A stretch of 64,000 nt of DNA, from contig JBBUGM010000006.1 of assembly GCA_038077975.1 (NCBI GenBank), positions 4,905-68,904 on the forward strand, written 5' to 3'. Shown here in pieces: positions 1-11,808 of this stretch. The stretch comes from Patescibacteria group bacterium (GTDB lineage: Bacteria; Patescibacteriota; Minisyncoccia; UBA6257; 2-01-FULL-56-20). Under the pieces are notes generated by a model. That model was not told where the DNA came from. It ran no database searches and worked only from the letters and a program-made list of their open reading frames with translations. The position numbers and the translations under genes are program-made. Position 1 is the stretch's first letter. Every line of letters starts with the position of its first letter.

Positions 1-2
1 TG

Positions 3-497
3 AGCAACCCCAATCTCGATCATGCCGCGAAAAGCTTCCGCTATACATTCTCTCTCTCCGATCCCACCGGTAAAGTCGTTGCAACTTTTTCCGGAAACTC
101 ATTCCTTTACGCGCGTGAAGTGAAATATATTTTGCTTCCGAACGTTCCCACGCCCGCGGAGGCATTTACTAGCGTTAGTTTCAAAGCCCAAAACGCAGAG
201 TGGGTGGTGAGGGATGAATTTCCCGGCCCGCCGACATTAACCGTTTCCGGGCTAGACACCCGTGTTGAAGGCAACAACCTTATCGTTGAGGGCCGCGTGA
301 CGAATGGAGATATTTTGGCTTTTTCGGAATTGCGCGTTATCGCTCTTTTCCAAGGGCAGTTCGGCCAGCTCGCTGGGGCATCGGAAACGATTATAGACAG
401 GATAGTTCCCAACGAAACCAAGTCATTCTCCATCATCTATCCAGCGATACCGAATGCCGACTTGGCAGGGACGAAGGTATTCGTATACGCCCGCTAA
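3..497 (+). CDS. hypothetical protein (5' partial, continues upstream of window)
   Basis: Open frame runs from position 3 with no stop until 495-497; no recognisable motif. Confidence 0.4.
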   Translation, partial: SNPNLDHAAKSFRYTFSLSDPTGKVVATFSGNSFLYAREVKYILLPNVPTPAEAFTSVSFKAQNAEWVVRDEFPGPPTLTVSGLDTRVEGNNLIVEGRVTNGDILAFSELRVIALFQGQFGQLAGASETIIDRIVPNETKSFSIIYPAIPNADLAGTKVFVYAR

Positions 498-501
498 TTT
501 A

Positions 502-1548
502 ATGTCCCTCTTCCTCCCCGTCGGAATCCTTGTTTTTGCTGGGCTTTTGGCGATCTCGAGCGTTGCCCCCGCGCTTTTCTCTCTACAGCTTATGTGGGTG
601 GCGCTTGGCGTCGGCATCCTTGCCATTTTTTATTTTTTCGACTGGAGAATTCTTTTGACCTACAGGTGGTTTACCGGAGCGCTTTATATTTTTTCCGTGG
701 CGCTACTCACATTCGTTTATTTTTTCGGACCGGAGACAAGAGGTGTGCGCGGATGGATCACGTTCGGTCCGCTTAACTTTCAACCGGTCGAACTTATGAA
801 GGTCGCACTCATACTTTTGTATGCCGGTTATTTTTCACGGAAACACTGGAACATTTCGCGATGGAGCACGATTGCGCGCTCTTTTGTTTTTTTCGCGGTG
901 CCGGCCGCGCTTGTCGCTCTCCAGCCAGACCTCGGCTCGGCGACAATTCTTTTCGGCATCTGGTTCGGTTTTATTTTCTTATCCGGCTTTTCCGGAAAGA
1001 GATTGCTATTACTGCTATTCATCTTCATTATCGCCGCCGTTCTTATGTGGTTTTATTTTCTCGCCGACTATCAGCAGGCGAGGATTACCGGACTCTTTTT
1101 TCCGGAACGAGATGCCTTGGGCGTGAACTACAGCACAGCGCAGTCAAAGATAGCGATCGGTTCTGCCGGATTTTTCGGCAAGGGTTACGGGCAGGGTTCG
1201 CAGGGACAACTAGGGTTTCTTACGGAGCCCGAAAGCGACTTTGTCCTTGCCGCGATAATCGAGGAGTGGGGAATCTTCGGAGGAGCGGTAGCAATAGCGG
1301 CATTTCTCGCCCTCATCGCCGCAATTATGCGGACAGGGCTTAGGGCCGAGCGAAATTTTGAAAAATTCTTGTGCCTTGGCGTAGTTGTGGTTTTCGGCTT
1401 ACAATTTATGCTTAACGGCGGCTCGACCTTAGGCCTTATGCCCGTAGTCGGCGTCACGTATCCCTTCGTAAGTTATGGCGGTTCGAGCATGGTCACGAAT
1501 TTTTTTCTTTTAGGACTAATCAATGCCATTAAAAGGAAGCAGACGTAA
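502..1548 (+). CDS. FtsW/RodA/SpoVE-family peptidoglycan glycosyltransferase (SEDS)
   Basis: Multi-TM protein with the conserved SEDS segment GKGYGQGSQGQLGFLTEPESDFVLAAIIEEWGIFGG; ATG at 502 lies just after the upstream stop. Confidence 0.8.
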   Translation: MSLFLPVGILVFAGLLAISSVAPALFSLQLMWVALGVGILAIFYFFDWRILLTYRWFTGALYIFSVALLTFVYFFGPETRGVRGWITFGPLNFQPVELMKVALILLYAGYFSRKHWNISRWSTIARSFVFFAVPAALVALQPDLGSATILFGIWFGFIFLSGFSGKRLLLLLFIFIIAAVLMWFYFLADYQQARITGLFFPERDALGVNYSTAQSKIAIGSAGFFGKGYGQGSQGQLGFLTEPESDFVLAAIIEEWGIFGGAVAIAAFLALIAAIMRTGLRAERNFEKFLCLGVVVVFGLQFMLNGGSTLGLMPVVGVTYPFVSYGGSSMVTNFFLLGLINAIKRKQT

Positions 1549-2521
1549 AAAGTTGATCTGGTCGGCGGGGTTTCTCGCGCTATTCCTGCTTCCACTAGGA
1601 TTATTTTTTTATGGACTGATGTCTAGAGATTCCGGGACTTTGCCGCAGACAAAAATTTTTGAAGTGAAAGAAGGAGAAGGTTTTTTGGGAATTTCCCATC
1701 GTCTTGAAGCAGAAGGGGTGATAAGGTCCGAACTTGCCTTCGAAACGTTGTCGTTCTTTACTGGCGCGGCGATCCATTTCAAGCCGGGTATTTATCAATT
1801 CGATTCGACAAAAAACGGCCTTGAGATCTTGCGCGAATTGACGTTTGGGCCGCACCGAGAGATTAGCGTGCGAATTCCCGAGGGCGCGAGCGTATATGAA
1901 GTTGACTCGATCTTGAGCGAGGCCGGCGTTGTTCCGCCGAGAGAACTCTTGGCATACGTTAAAGCACAAAGCCGGCCGATCGAAGGGCGCCTTTTCCCGG
2001 ACACATACAAATTTTTTACCGGTTCGCCACCGAAAGACATAATCGAAAAATTTTTAGAGAACTTCCGCGCGAAAACCGAAGGGTTTTTTGACAAGTTGAG
2101 CGAAGCCAAGATCAATGAAATTATCACGCTCGCTTCGATCATCCAAAAAGAAGTTCCCGGCGAAGAAGACGGGAGGATCGTGGCCGGAATACTCCTTAAG
2201 CGCCTTAAGGCGGGGGTTCCCCTACAAGTAGACGCATCAATATGCTACATTAAGAAAATATTGGGCTATCCGGGGGATTCCCCATGTTATCCACTTCACC
2301 CCCTTGACTTCAAGACGGAGTCGGATTATAATACATACTTACGTAAAGGACTGCCGCCAGGGCCCATTGGAAACCCTGGTATTTCTGCGCTTCGGGCGGC
2401 TCTTAGCCCAAAGAGCTCTTCATATTGGTATTACCTAAGCGACCCCGAAACGCAGCGAACAGTTTTTGCCAGCACGCTGGAAGAGCATAACGAAAATCGG
2501 GCTATGTATTTGGGATTATAA
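1523..2521 (+). CDS. mltG: MltG/YceG-like endolytic murein transglycosylase
   Basis: N-terminal TM, YceG-like motifs (ASIIQKEV, LQVDASICY); 26-nt overlap with the SEDS gene suggests one operon. Confidence 0.7.
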   Translation: MPLKGSRRKKLIWSAGFLALFLLPLGLFFYGLMSRDSGTLPQTKIFEVKEGEGFLGISHRLEAEGVIRSELAFETLSFFTGAAIHFKPGIYQFDSTKNGLEILRELTFGPHREISVRIPEGASVYEVDSILSEAGVVPPRELLAYVKAQSRPIEGRLFPDTYKFFTGSPPKDIIEKFLENFRAKTEGFFDKLSEAKINEIITLASIIQKEVPGEEDGRIVAGILLKRLKAGVPLQVDASICYIKKILGYPGDSPCYPLHPLDFKTESDYNTYLRKGLPPGPIGNPGISALRAALSPKSSSYWYYLSDPETQRTVFASTLEEHNENRAMYLGL

Positions 2522-2691
2522 ACCGGCGATAATAAAACTTTCGTAGCCGACTTTATTTCAAAAGAGGTCGTGTTAACTTAAGCAATCAAAATTAAAAAAT
2601 CACGCTTAAACCCTTCTCTTTGAGGAAGGGGTGCGGATTTTTGTCGTGTTTTTGTTCGGGACGTAAAAATGAGCGAATTTTAAATTCCAAA

Positions 2692-5600
2692 ATGTCGGAC
2701 AAATTGCCTAAAAAAGATTTCTCAAAATCAAAGCCGCTTGTTGAGCCATTTAACCTCAACGAGGCGCAGCTTAGGTCTTACCACTGGTTCATGGACCAGG
2801 GGCTCAAGGAACTTTTTGCGGAAATTTCTCCGATCACGGACAACACCGGCAAAGAACTGGAACTGCATTTCGGCAAGTACCGTTTCGACGAGCCGAAGTA
2901 TGACGAGGTGACATCGCGCTACAAAGACGCGACTTACGAAGCGGCACTAAGAGTTGAGTTGAAGCTGGTACACAAGTCGAGCGGCCGCTCGGAAAAACAA
3001 GAGGCCTATCTCGGCGATTTTCCGGTGATGACGCAGCGTGGCACATTTATTATCAATGGCGTGGAACGCGTTGTTGTTTCCCAGCTCATCCGTTCCGCCG
3101 GAGTTTACTTTACCGCCATTCCTTGGCGCGGACGACAGCTTTTTGGCGCCAAAGTCATCCCGAATCGCGGAGCCTGGCTGGAATTCGAGACGGATATCGA
3201 CGGCGCGATCGAAGTGAAGATCGACCGCAACAGAAAAGTTCCGGTTTCAAGCTTGCTCCGCATCTTCGGCATGGAAGACGAAAAGATCAAAGCCGCTTTT
3301 GCGGACGTTGAGAAGGGACAAACGCGCTACATCGACGCCACCTTCAAGAAGGACGTCGCCAAAAACCAGGAAGAATCGTATCTGGAAATTTACAGGCGTC
3401 TTCGGCCGGGCGATCCGGCAACGCCAGCGACCGCGAAGAACCTGATCGATGCGATGTTCGACCGCGTTGATCGATACGACATCTCCGAAGTCGGTCGTTT
3501 CAAGTTCAACCAGCGCTTGCGTCTTGACGCCAAAAACAAGAACCGATTGCTCGGCGCAGACGACCTTGTCGCCATCGTGCGCGAGATCATCACTTTGAAT
3601 AATCGAGTCGACGCGCAGCCGGACGACATCGATCACTTGGGGAATAGGCGGCTCAAAGCAGTCGGCGAGCTTATCCAAGGAAGATTGCGCATCGGGCTTG
3701 CCCGCTTGCGGAGAATAGTTCAGGATAGGATGTCTACCGAGGAGCGTGATAAGCTCATGCCCGGACAACTCATTAATTTCCGGCCGATCGCTGCGGTTGT
3801 TAAAGAATTTTTTTCTTCTTCCCAACTTTCACAATTTATGGATCAGGTTAACCCTCTCGCGGAATTGGAGCACAAACGCAGGATTTCCGCACTGGGTCCA
3901 GGAGGATTGACGCGCGAAAGAGCGAGTTTTGAAGTGAGAGACGTGCACCGCTCGCATTACGGCAGGATCTGTCCGATCCAAACTCCGGAAGGCGGCAATA
4001 TCGGGCTTATCAACTACTTGGCGAGTTTCGCCAAGATCAACGATTTCGGATTCGTCGAGACGCCTTACGCGAAGGTTGCGGACGGTCGCGTGACGGACGA
4101 AATAGTTTTGCTCGACGCGTTAGAAGAGGAAAGATACAGAATAACGCACGCCGGTGTTCAAAAAGACGCGGAAGGCAACCTTTTAGGCGATCGCGTTGAG
4201 GCGAGGGTAAAAGGAGTTGCCGGCACTTGCGCGCCAAAAGAAGTTGATTTTATCGATATTGCGCCGCATCAATTCGTAAGCGTCGCCACGTCCCTTATTC
4301 CTTTCCTTCAGCACGACGACGCGAACCGCGCCCTGATGGGTTCGAACATGCAAAGGCAGGCGGTGGTTTCCGTAAAACCCTCCGCGCCTTACGTTTCGAC
4401 GGGCGAGGAAGACCGCGTTGCCCTGGATTCCGGCTATGTTATTCAGGCCGAGAGCGCGGGCAAAGTGCTCGAAGCGGACGCGAGCCACATCACTATCAAA
4501 TATCAAAAAGGAGGCCTCAAAACCTACAACCTCGAAAAGTTCAAGAGATCGAACCAGTTCACTTGTATTTCGCAAAAACCGCTCGTCGTACCGGGCGCTG
4601 CGGTGAAGAAGGGCGATATTTTGGCGGACGGCCCCTCGATCGACAACGGCGTTCTCGCCCTTGGGCAGAATCTTTTGGTCGCCTTCATGTCTTGGGGCGG
4701 ATACAACTTCGAAGACGCCGTGATACTTTCCGAGCGCGTCGTGCAGGACGATCTTTTCACGTCGATCCACATCGAGGATTATTACTGTGATGTGCGTGAT
4801 ACGAAACTGGGCCCCGAGATAACGACTCCCGACATCCCAAACGTTTCCGAAGAGAAGTTAAGAAATTTGGACGAAGAAGGCATCATCAGGATCGGCGCGG
4901 AAGTCCGGGCCGGCGACATTTTGGTCGGAAAAATATCTCCGAAAGGAGAAGCGGAACTTACGCCAGAAGAGCGCTTGCTCCGTGCGATCTTCGGCGAGAA
5001 AGCGCGCGACGTTAAAGACACATCGCTCACGCTTTCGCACGGCAAACGCGGCCGCGTTATCAATATCAAAGTTTTTGACCGCGAGAAAGGCGACAAACTC
5101 GAGCCGGGAATCATCAAACGTATACAGGTTGAAATCGCGCAATTAAGAAAAGTGCAGGCGGGCGACAAGCTTGCCGGCAGGCACGGCAACAAGGGAGTTA
5201 TCTCGCAGGTTCGCAGAGTGGAAGATATGCCGCATCTTGAGGACGGCACGCCCGTGGACGTTATTTTGAACCCTTTGGGCGTCGCATCGCGCATGAACCT
5301 CGGACAGATCTTGGAAACCCACCTTGGCTGGGCGGCAAAGACGCTTGGCTACAGGGCGGTTACACCGGGACTTGATTCCGCGAGCGAGGAAGAGATCAAA
5401 GAAGAATTGAAGAAAGCCGGCCTTCCCGAAGACGGGAAAATTAAACTTTTCGACGGCCGCACGGGTAGGCCTTTCGACAAGAAGGTCGCGGTCGGAATCA
5501 TTTATATGATGAAGCTGAACCACTTGGTCGAAGACAAGGCGCACATGCGTTCGATCGGTCCCTACTCTTTGATCACGCAGCAGCCCTTGGGCGGCAAGGC

Positions 5601-8600
5601 GCAGTTCGGTGGCCAGAGATTCGGCGAAATGGAGGTTTGGGCGCTCGAGGGATACGGCGCTCGGCACACGCTCCAGGAGATGCTCACGATCAAGTCGGAC
5701 GACGTTTTAGGGCGCGCCGCCGCGTACGAATCGATCATCAGAGGCGAGACGATCAAAGAGCCGAACCTTCCGGCGTCGTTCAATGTTTTGGTGAACGAAT
5801 TAAAATCGCTTTGTTTCAACGTCAAGCCGCTTTACGCAGACGAAACGCAAAGAAGGGAGGCCTTTTCATCCCTGCAGATATCGATCGCGTCTCCCGAAGA
5901 CATCATGAAATGGTCTCACGGCGAAGTAGTGAAGCCGGAAACCATCAACTACCGGACACAGAGGCCGGAGAAGGACGGGCTTTTCTCCGAGAGGATCTTC
6001 GGTCCGACGAAGGACTACGAATGTTATTGCGGCAAATACAGGAGGGTTCGTTATAAGGGCGTCGTTTGCGACAAGTGCGGAGTCGAGGTGACCCGTGCCT
6101 CGGTTAGGCGCGACCGCATCGGCCACATTCAGCTTGCCGCGCCGGTGGGGCACATTTGGTTCCTCAAAAGCGTGCCGTCGCGCTTAAGTTTGACGCTCGA
6201 TGTTTCCGCTCCGAAGCTCGAAAGGGTGCTCTATTATTCCGCCTACATCGTCACAGAAGTCGATGAAACGGAAAGAAAAAGAGCGCTTGATGATCTCGAA
6301 CGGGAACTCAAAAGCCGCGTCAAGGAGATCGGCAAGAACCGCGGGGCGGAGTCGGAATTGAACGAAGCGGCGAAGGTAACCGAGAACTATCTCGAAAAAT
6401 TGCGTGTCGGTCAGGTGCTAACGGAGACGGAATATTTCAATCTTTCGAAGCGTTTCGGAAGCGTCTTTAAGGCGGGTAGCGGAGCAGAATCGGTGAGGCA
6501 CATTCTCGAAGGATTGGATATGCGGAAAGAAGTTCAGAAGATAGAGAAAGACCTGGAGGATGCGAAGGATCCACTCGCGCAGAGCAAGCTTTTGCGGCGC
6601 CTCAAAATGATGAAGTCGATGATCAAGAACCAGGCGCGGCCGGAATGGATGGTCATCACGACACTCCCGGTTCTTCCGCCCGACTTGCGGCCGATGGTGG
6701 CCTTGGACGGCGGAAGATACGCCACTTCCGACTTGAACGATCTCTACAGGCGCGTCATCAACCGTAACAACCGTTTGAAGCGGCTTTTGGAGATCAAAGC
6801 TCCGGACATTATCGTGCGCAACGAAAAAAGGATGCTACAGGAATCAGTGGATGCCTTGATAGACAACTCCGCTAGGTTCGGCACCCAGCAGATGAGCGCG
6901 CAAAGGCGGCCCCTGCGTTCCTTGGCCGACATGCTCAAAGGCAAGCAGGGCAGATTCAGGCAAAACCTTTTGGGTAAGCGCGTGGACTACTCCGGCCGCT
7001 CCGTTATCGTCGTTGGCCCGCGTCTTAAGATCGACGAATGCGGACTGCCGAAGACGATGGCCCTAGAACTTTTCCGTCCGTTCGTCTTGAGCGAGATTAT
7101 TAAACGTGGACTGGCCCACAACATTCGCGGAGCTGCAAGATTTATGGAAGAAGGCAGTGACGAAGTTTGGGAGATCTTGGAAGAAGTGATGAAAGGCAAG
7201 CGCGTGCTTTTGAACCGCGCGCCGACGCTTCACCGTTTGAGCGTGCAGGCATTCAAGCCGATTTTGATTGAGGGTCTCGCCATACAGGTTCCGCCCTTGG
7301 TTTGCGTTGCCTTCAATGCCGACTTCGACGGCGACCAAATGGCCGTGCATCTTCCGCTTTCACGTCAGGCGCAAAAAGAAAGCGAGGAGATAATGGCCGC
7401 AGGCAGGAATCTTTTGAAACCGGCTACCGGAGAGCTGATCACGACCCCGACACAGGACATGGTTTTGGGAATTTATTATCTGACACAGGCAGAAGATCCA
7501 ATTTCCGGGCAGAGAGCGAAGCGATTTGAAAGCATAGAATCGGCTCTTGTCGCCTATGAATTCGGATTTTTGGGCTTGCGCGAACTTGTGAATTTCCAAG
7601 GGATGGAGACGACCCTGGGGCGCATGATCTTTAATGAATCGTTGGCTGGGCGCGTTCCTTATCAAAACGAAGCTATCACCAAAAAGAAGCTGAGCAAGAT
7701 GATCGAAAGGATATTCATCGAGCGTGGCATCGAAGAAACCAGAGACACCTTAAACAGCGTGAAGTTGCTCGGTTTTGAAATGGCCAGCCGTTCCGGCATC
7801 ACTTGGTCGATGTCCGACCTTGTGGTACCGAAAGCCAAACCGGAAATTTTGGCGGCATCGGAAAAGCAAACGGCAGAAGTATACAGCCAGTTCGAAGAGG
7901 GGTTACTCACCGCGGCGGAGCGCCGGGCGAAAGTTATTAGTATTTGGGAAAAAGCTAAGACGGCAATTTCGAAAGTTATCGCCGTCGGCATCGACAAGAA
8001 CAATTCAATTTACCAGATCGTCGATTCCGGTTCGCGCGGCTCATGGTCTCAGCCGATCCAGATGATGGGCATGAGAGGCCTCGTGCAAAATCCTAAAGGC
8101 GAGATCATCGAACTTCCGATCAAGTCATCGCTTAAAGACGGCATGAGTGTTTTGGAATATTTCATTTCAACGCACGGCGCGAGAAAAGGCACTACGGACA
8201 CGGCTTTAAAAACTGCTCAAGCCGGATATCTTACCCGCCGCCTTGTCGACGTTTCCCAGGACCTCGTTGTCCGCGAAGCGGACTGCAAGACGAAAGACGG
8301 CATCGAGATAGTCCGCGCTGATGGCAAGGAATTCAACCAGTCGCTCGCGAGCCGCGTTTTCTCTCGCACGGCGCTCGAAGACATAAAATCAGGAAGAAAG
8401 ACGCTTATCAAAGCCGGCGAGACGATCAACAAGGCCGTCGCAGAAGAGATCGAAGCCGCAAAGATCGACTCCCTCAAGGTTCGATCGCCGATTTACTGCA
8501 AAACGATCTCGGGACTTTGCGCGAAGTGTTATGGCTTCGATCTCGGCGATGATCAGCCGGTGAGATTAGGCATGGCCGCGGGAGTTGTGGCCGCGCAATC

Positions 8601-9429
8601 GATCGGCGAACCTGGCACGCAGCTCACGATGCGTACTTTCCACACTGGCGGCATCGCCGGTATCGACATTACGCACGGCTTGCCGCGGGTGGAGGAGCTT
8701 TTCGAAGTGAGGCCGCCAAAAGGCAGGGCCATTCTTGCTCCGGCGGACGGGATTATTAAGGAAATAGAAGAGAGAGGGACGGCGAAGGCGGTGCAGTTCG
8801 TCCCGAACGAGGGCAAAAAGAAGAAGCCGCAGGAATTTTTGATCCCGCGCACGGCACTTTTGTTCGTTAAGGCGGGGGACGAAGTTAAGCGCGGCGATCA
8901 GCTTTCCGAAGGGCACTTGGACATCAAGGAACTTTTGGAGATCAAGGGTAAGCCGGAAGTTCAGCGCTACATTATCAACGAAGTGCAAAGGATCTATATG
9001 TCCGAAGGCGCGAGTATCAACAACAAGCATATCGAAATTATCGTGCGCCAAATGTTCTCGCGCGTGCGCATCAAGGATGGCGGCGATTCGTCGGAACTCG
9101 TGATGGGAGAGATCGTGGAAAAGGACAAAGTTTTGGAAGCGAACCGCGAACTGCGGAAGCAGGGCATGAAACAGGTTAAAGCTGAAGAAATATTACTCGG
9201 CATCACAAGGGTCGCGCTTTCCGCGGAAAGCTTCCTTTCAGCCGCTTCTTTCCAGGACACATCGCGCGTGCTCGTTAAAGCCGCGATCGAAGGCAGGATC
9301 GACAAATTGCGCGGCCTCAAAGAAAACGTCATTATCGGCCGCCTCATACCGGTTATCGGCAAGGAAGCCGCCGCAGAAGAAGCAGAGGCGCTTTTGCCAG
9401 GAGCGGAAGAAGTTGCAACCCAAGTGTAA
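2692..9429 (+). CDS. rpoBC: DNA-directed RNA polymerase beta-beta' fusion (RpoB-RpoC in one ORF)
   Basis: N-terminal half is RpoB. C-terminal half is RpoC (Zn finger [23 protein letters not shown], catalytic [11 protein letters not shown]). Junction near nt 5830-5880 has no stop or frameshift. Confidence 0.9.
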   Translation: MSDKLPKKDFSKSKPLVEPFNLNEAQLRSYHWFMDQGLKELFAEISPITDNTGKELELHFGKYRFDEPKYDEVTSRYKDATYEAALRVELKLVHKSSGRSEKQEAYLGDFPVMTQRGTFIINGVERVVVSQLIRSAGVYFTAIPWRGRQLFGAKVIPNRGAWLEFETDIDGAIEVKIDRNRKVPVSSLLRIFGMEDEKIKAAFADVEKGQTRYIDATFKKDVAKNQEESYLEIYRRLRPGDPATPATAKNLIDAMFDRVDRYDISEVGRFKFNQRLRLDAKNKNRLLGADDLVAIVREIITLNNRVDAQPDDIDHLGNRRLKAVGELIQGRLRIGLARLRRIVQDRMSTEERDKLMPGQLINFRPIAAVVKEFFSSSQLSQFMDQVNPLAELEHKRRISALGPGGLTRERASFEVRDVHRSHYGRICPIQTPEGGNIGLINYLASFAKINDFGFVETPYAKVADGRVTDEIVLLDALEEERYRITHAGVQKDAEGNLLGDRVEARVKGVAGTCAPKEVDFIDIAPHQFVSVATSLIPFLQHDDANRALMGSNMQRQAVVSVKPSAPYVSTGEEDRVALDSGYVIQAESAGKVLEADASHITIKYQKGGLKTYNLEKFKRSNQFTCISQKPLVVPGAAVKKGDILADGPSIDNGVLALGQNLLVAFMSWGGYNFEDAVILSERVVQDDLFTSIHIEDYYCDVRDTKLGPEITTPDIPNVSEEKLRNLDEEGIIRIGAEVRAGDILVGKISPKGEAELTPEERLLRAIFGEKARDVKDTSLTLSHGKRGRVINIKVFDREKGDKLEPGIIKRIQVEIAQLRKVQAGDKLAGRHGNKGVISQVRRVEDMPHLEDGTPVDVILNPLGVASRMNLGQILETHLGWAAKTLGYRAVTPGLDSASEEEIKEELKKAGLPEDGKIKLFDGRTGRPFDKKVAVGIIYMMKLNHLVEDKAHMRSIGPYSLITQQPLGGKAQFGGQRFGEMEVWALEGYGARHTLQEMLTIKSDDVLGRAAAYESIIRGETIKEPNLPASFNVLVNELKSLCFNVKPLYADETQRREAFSSLQISIASPEDIMKWSHGEVVKPETINYRTQRPEKDGLFSERIFGPTKDYECYCGKYRRVRYKGVVCDKCGVEVTRASVRRDRIGHIQLAAPVGHIWFLKSVPSRLSLTLDVSAPKLERVLYYSAYIVTEVDETERKRALDDLERELKSRVKEIGKNRGAESELNEAAKVTENYLEKLRVGQVLTETEYFNLSKRFGSVFKAGSGAESVRHILEGLDMRKEVQKIEKDLEDAKDPLAQSKLLRRLKMMKSMIKNQARPEWMVITTLPVLPPDLRPMVALDGGRYATSDLNDLYRRVINRNNRLKRLLEIKAPDIIVRNEKRMLQESVDALIDNSARFGTQQMSAQRRPLRSLADMLKGKQGRFRQNLLGKRVDYSGRSVIVVGPRLKIDECGLPKTMALELFRPFVLSEIIKRGLAHNIRGAARFMEEGSDEVWEILEEVMKGKRVLLNRAPTLHRLSVQAFKPILIEGLAIQVPPLVCVAFNADFDGDQMAVHLPLSRQAQKESEEIMAAGRNLLKPATGELITTPTQDMVLGIYYLTQAEDPISGQRAKRFESIESALVAYEFGFLGLRELVNFQGMETTLGRMIFNESLAGRVPYQNEAITKKKLSKMIERIFIERGIEETRDTLNSVKLLGFEMASRSGITWSMSDLVVPKAKPEILAASEKQTAEVYSQFEEGLLTAAERRAKVISIWEKAKTAISKVIAVGIDKNNSIYQIVDSGSRGSWSQPIQMMGMRGLVQNPKGEIIELPIKSSLKDGMSVLEYFISTHGARKGTTDTALKTAQAGYLTRRLVDVSQDLVVREADCKTKDGIEIVRADGKEFNQSLASRVFSRTALEDIKSGRKTLIKAGETINKAVAEEIEAAKIDSLKVRSPIYCKTISGLCAKCYGFDLGDDQPVRLGMAAGVVAAQSIGEPGTQLTMRTFHTGGIAGIDITHGLPRVEELFEVRPPKGRAILAPADGIIKEIEERGTAKAVQFVPNEGKKKKPQEFLIPRTALLFVKAGDEVKRGDQLSEGHLDIKELLEIKGKPEVQRYIINEVQRIYMSEGASINNKHIEIIVRQMFSRVRIKDGGDSSELVMGEIVEKDKVLEANRELRKQGMKQVKAEEILLGITRVALSAESFLSAASFQDTSRVLVKAAIEGRIDKLRGLKENVIIGRLIPVIGKEAAAEEAEALLPGAEEVATQV

Positions 9430-9521
9430 TGCCAATATGCGAATTCATTCGAATGCAACGAATAATGCGAATTCGTACTATTAGTTGCATTAGTACGCAT
9501 TGGTAGATTAGTATTACGTTT
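9430..9521. promoter_or_regulatory. intergenic region with repeated ATGCGAAT/ATTCGCAT motifs (candidate operator) upstream of rpsF
   Basis: atgcgaattc, ttcgaatgc, aatgcgaattcg repeats; same motif family as 60474-60581. Confidence 0.35.
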
Positions 9522-9956
9522 ATGGAAGAAAAAGACAAAAAAAATTACGAAGTCGCATTTATCCTTGAGAAAGAGGAGAATCTTCAGGATTTTTTGAGGA
9601 TCTCGCGCCAGCACAATATCGAGCCACAAACGGAGGCGCGGGCGCATAAGCTGAATCTTGCTTACAAGATCGAAAAAGCCACGCAGGCCTATTTCGGATT
9701 TTTCAGAACTTCTGCGAATCCTGATGATGTGAAAGCGCTCGAAAAGGACCTGAACACGGCCGCCGGCGTTTTGCGTTTTCTCATCGTCAAACTTCCAAAG
9801 GAAGCGTTTGAGGCGAGGAGGGAAAGAGTTGATATGAGGGATATGAGGAGAGAGAGAAAACCAATGCCCAGAAAAAACATGCCGACACAGCCCAGGGCTT
9901 CGGAAACCTTAAGCAACGAAGCGCTGGAGAAAAAGATTGAAGAAATACTTCAATAA
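9522..9956 (+). CDS. rpsF: 30S ribosomal protein S6
   Basis: S6-like pattern (YEVAFIL..., LAYKIEK, VLRFLIVK) and position directly upstream of ssb. Confidence 0.7.
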   Translation: MEEKDKKNYEVAFILEKEENLQDFLRISRQHNIEPQTEARAHKLNLAYKIEKATQAYFGFFRTSANPDDVKALEKDLNTAAGVLRFLIVKLPKEAFEARRERVDMRDMRRERKPMPRKNMPTQPRASETLSNEALEKKIEEILQ

Positions 9957-10052
9957 AATTTCTAATTTCTAAATCCTAATTTCTAAAATTTGACTATTTT
10001 AAATTTTTGGGATTTGATTAGAGCAATTAGTAATTAGAATAATTAGAAATTT
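9957..10052. repeat. AT-rich inverted-repeat module of CTAATTTCTAA / TTAGAAATTAG units around a TTGACT box
   Basis: aatttctaatttctaaatcctaatttctaa on the left is mirrored by attagtaattagaataattagaaatt on the right. Confidence 0.45.
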
Positions 10053-10541
10053 ATGAATCTCAACAAGGCCCTCCTCATCGGTCGCATCACGGCCGACCCC
10101 CAGCTTCGGACAACTCCCGGTGGGCAGTCGGTTTCAGCATTTTCGGTCGCTACGAACCGTGTTTGGACGGACAAGGCGGGCGCGAAGCAGGAATCTGTCG
10201 AGTTTCACAACATCGTCGTTTGGGGCAGGCAGGCGGAGATAGTGACGCAATATTTAACGAAGGGTAGTATGGTTTTGATCGAAGGACGCCTGCAGACGCG
10301 TTCTTGGCAAGGCAAAGACGGCCAGGAGAGGCGCACGACGGAGATCATTGCCGAGCGGGTGCAGTTCGGTCCCCGTTCGGCAAGCTCCCAGCCTTCGCAG
10401 GGCTACGGCGGGCAGGCAGGGCAGGCGAGGCCTGCAGCTGGCAAGCAAGGTGGCGGTGAAAGTCAGGCGACAAAAGAGGAAGAAGTTCCGACGGTGAATC
10501 TTGATAGTGAAGAAGTGAAGCCGGAGGACCTGCCGTTTTGA
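10053..10541 (+). CDS. ssb: single-stranded DNA-binding protein
   Basis: OB-fold SSB N-terminus (LIGRITADPQLRTTPGG..., VEFHNIVVWG), Gly/Gln-rich linker, acidic C-terminal tail ending DLPF. Confidence 0.85.
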   Translation: MNLNKALLIGRITADPQLRTTPGGQSVSAFSVATNRVWTDKAGAKQESVEFHNIVVWGRQAEIVTQYLTKGSMVLIEGRLQTRSWQGKDGQERRTTEIIAERVQFGPRSASSQPSQGYGGQAGQARPAAGKQGGGESQATKEEEVPTVNLDSEEVKPEDLPF

Positions 10542-10990
10542 TATTCATTTTCTTTATGCCTCAATCACCAGAAAAATCTATTGGCGAAAGCAACCCACCC
10601 CCAGAGAAGCATATTAAAGGCGAAGATTTGGAAATAGCAAAATTATATCAAAAAGAGCACCCAGATTTGGATAGAGATAAATTGGGTGTATTACTAGAAC
10701 GCGAGGGATTTGGAGCTGACCACCATAAGTTCAGTGGATGTAGTGATCGAGCAGAATATATCAATTTGGTTTTAGATAAAATATTTCTATCCCCTGAAGA
10801 AGTTGAACGGCAGAAGCAGATTTTGGCATTATTGAAGCAACTAGAGGACGGAGCAATTTATAAGTCAATTATTGGTTTTATGGGACCAGTTACCAACGAA
10901 GAAGAAAGGCTGCGAAAAATAGAAGATAGGAAAACAAAAATAATAGAAGAACTTCGCAATTTAGGATACGAGATGTATCCTCGGGAATAG
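10538..10990 (+). CDS. hypothetical protein (low-GC gene)
   Basis: 150-aa ORF, markedly lower GC than flanking ribosomal genes, no recognisable motifs. Confidence 0.4.
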   Translation: MIFIFFMPQSPEKSIGESNPPPEKHIKGEDLEIAKLYQKEHPDLDRDKLGVLLEREGFGADHHKFSGCSDRAEYINLVLDKIFLSPEEVERQKQILALLKQLEDGAIYKSIIGFMGPVTNEEERLRKIEDRKTKIIEELRNLGYEMYPRE

Positions 10991-10992
10991 AT

Positions 10993-11277
10993 ATGGCCAG
11001 AGAGCAAGAACCAAATTCAAGAGAGCAGTTAGCGCAAGAGTTTTTGGAAGTGCACGAAAAGTTGAAATCCTTGGTCTATGACCTCGGAGGACCAGCAGGA
11101 TATTTGGAACAATTAGAAGATCCAGTTGGAAAGAGAAATTACACGGATTCAGAAATAGATTCTGGCAAACCACTTTCAGAGATTATAGAGAACGATATAT
11201 ATAAAACAATGGAAGCGGTTGAGGCGGTATCAAAAAAGTGGAGAGAATTAAGAGAAAAACTTAGAGAAATTAACTAA
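10993..11277 (+). CDS. hypothetical protein (low-GC gene)
   Basis: 94-aa ORF 2 nt after the previous stop; same low-GC composition. Confidence 0.4.
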   Translation: MAREQEPNSREQLAQEFLEVHEKLKSLVYDLGGPAGYLEQLEDPVGKRNYTDSEIDSGKPLSEIIENDIYKTMEAVEAVSKKWRELREKLREIN

Positions 11278-11283
11278 TTTATC

Positions 11284-11709
11284 ATGGCGAAAAAGATTAA
11301 AACAGTTCTGAAATTACAGCTCCCTGCCGGGGCCGCAAATCCCGCGCCGCCCGTGGGCACTGCTTTGGGGCCTCATGGAGTTAACATCCAGGAGTTCTGC
11401 AAACAGTTCAACGAGAAGACCAAAGACATGACAGGGGACATTGTGCCGGCGGAAATTACGATCTTCGAAGACCGCAGTTTTAAGTTTATTTTAAAAACCC
11501 CTCCGGCCTCCGCGCTCCTCAAAAAAGCCGCCGGCGTTGAGAAAGGCTCCGGCAACCAGCTCAAGACCAAAGTCGGCAAAGTTACCCGTGCCGATATCCG
11601 CAAGATCGCCGAACGCAAAATGCCCGACTTGAACACGGATAATCTCCAAGCCGCCGAAAAAATAATTGCAGGGACGGCTCGGAACATGGGAATCGACGTA
11701 GTCGATTAG
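11284..11709 (+). CDS. rplK: 50S ribosomal protein L11
   Basis: Full-length L11 similarity ([16 protein letters not shown]...[13 protein letters not shown]...). Confidence 0.9.
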   Translation: MAKKIKTVLKLQLPAGAANPAPPVGTALGPHGVNIQEFCKQFNEKTKDMTGDIVPAEITIFEDRSFKFILKTPPASALLKKAAGVEKGSGNQLKTKVGKVTRADIRKIAERKMPDLNTDNLQAAEKIIAGTARNMGIDVVD

Positions 11710-11721
11710 CCCATGTTCCGC

Positions 11722-11808
11722 TCGAAACCCCGTGTTGGAAGGCCGCCGCGAAGCGGCGGGAGTGGGAAACCAGAAGGTGTCCCAGACGGGGGTCGGGGTT
11801 TCGAGTAG
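11722..11808 (+). ncRNA. candidate structured RNA element downstream of rplK (three-way junction)
   Basis: 12-bp closing helix ctcgaaaccccg / cggggtttcgag encloses hairpins ccgccgc-gaa-gcggcgg and tggga...tccca; no poly-U tail. Confidence 0.3.

Noticed and set aside
3247-5667. Several 170-195-aa minus-strand ORFs inside rpoBC (3247-3825, 4183-4770, 4782-5294, 5143-5667)
   Set aside because: They lie antisense within an unambiguous, highly conserved RNAP gene; typical GC-rich shadow ORFs.
8994-9647. 217-aa minus-strand ORF across the rpoBC end and rpsF start
   Set aside because: Overlaps two conserved genes and an intergenic motif array; composition atypical.
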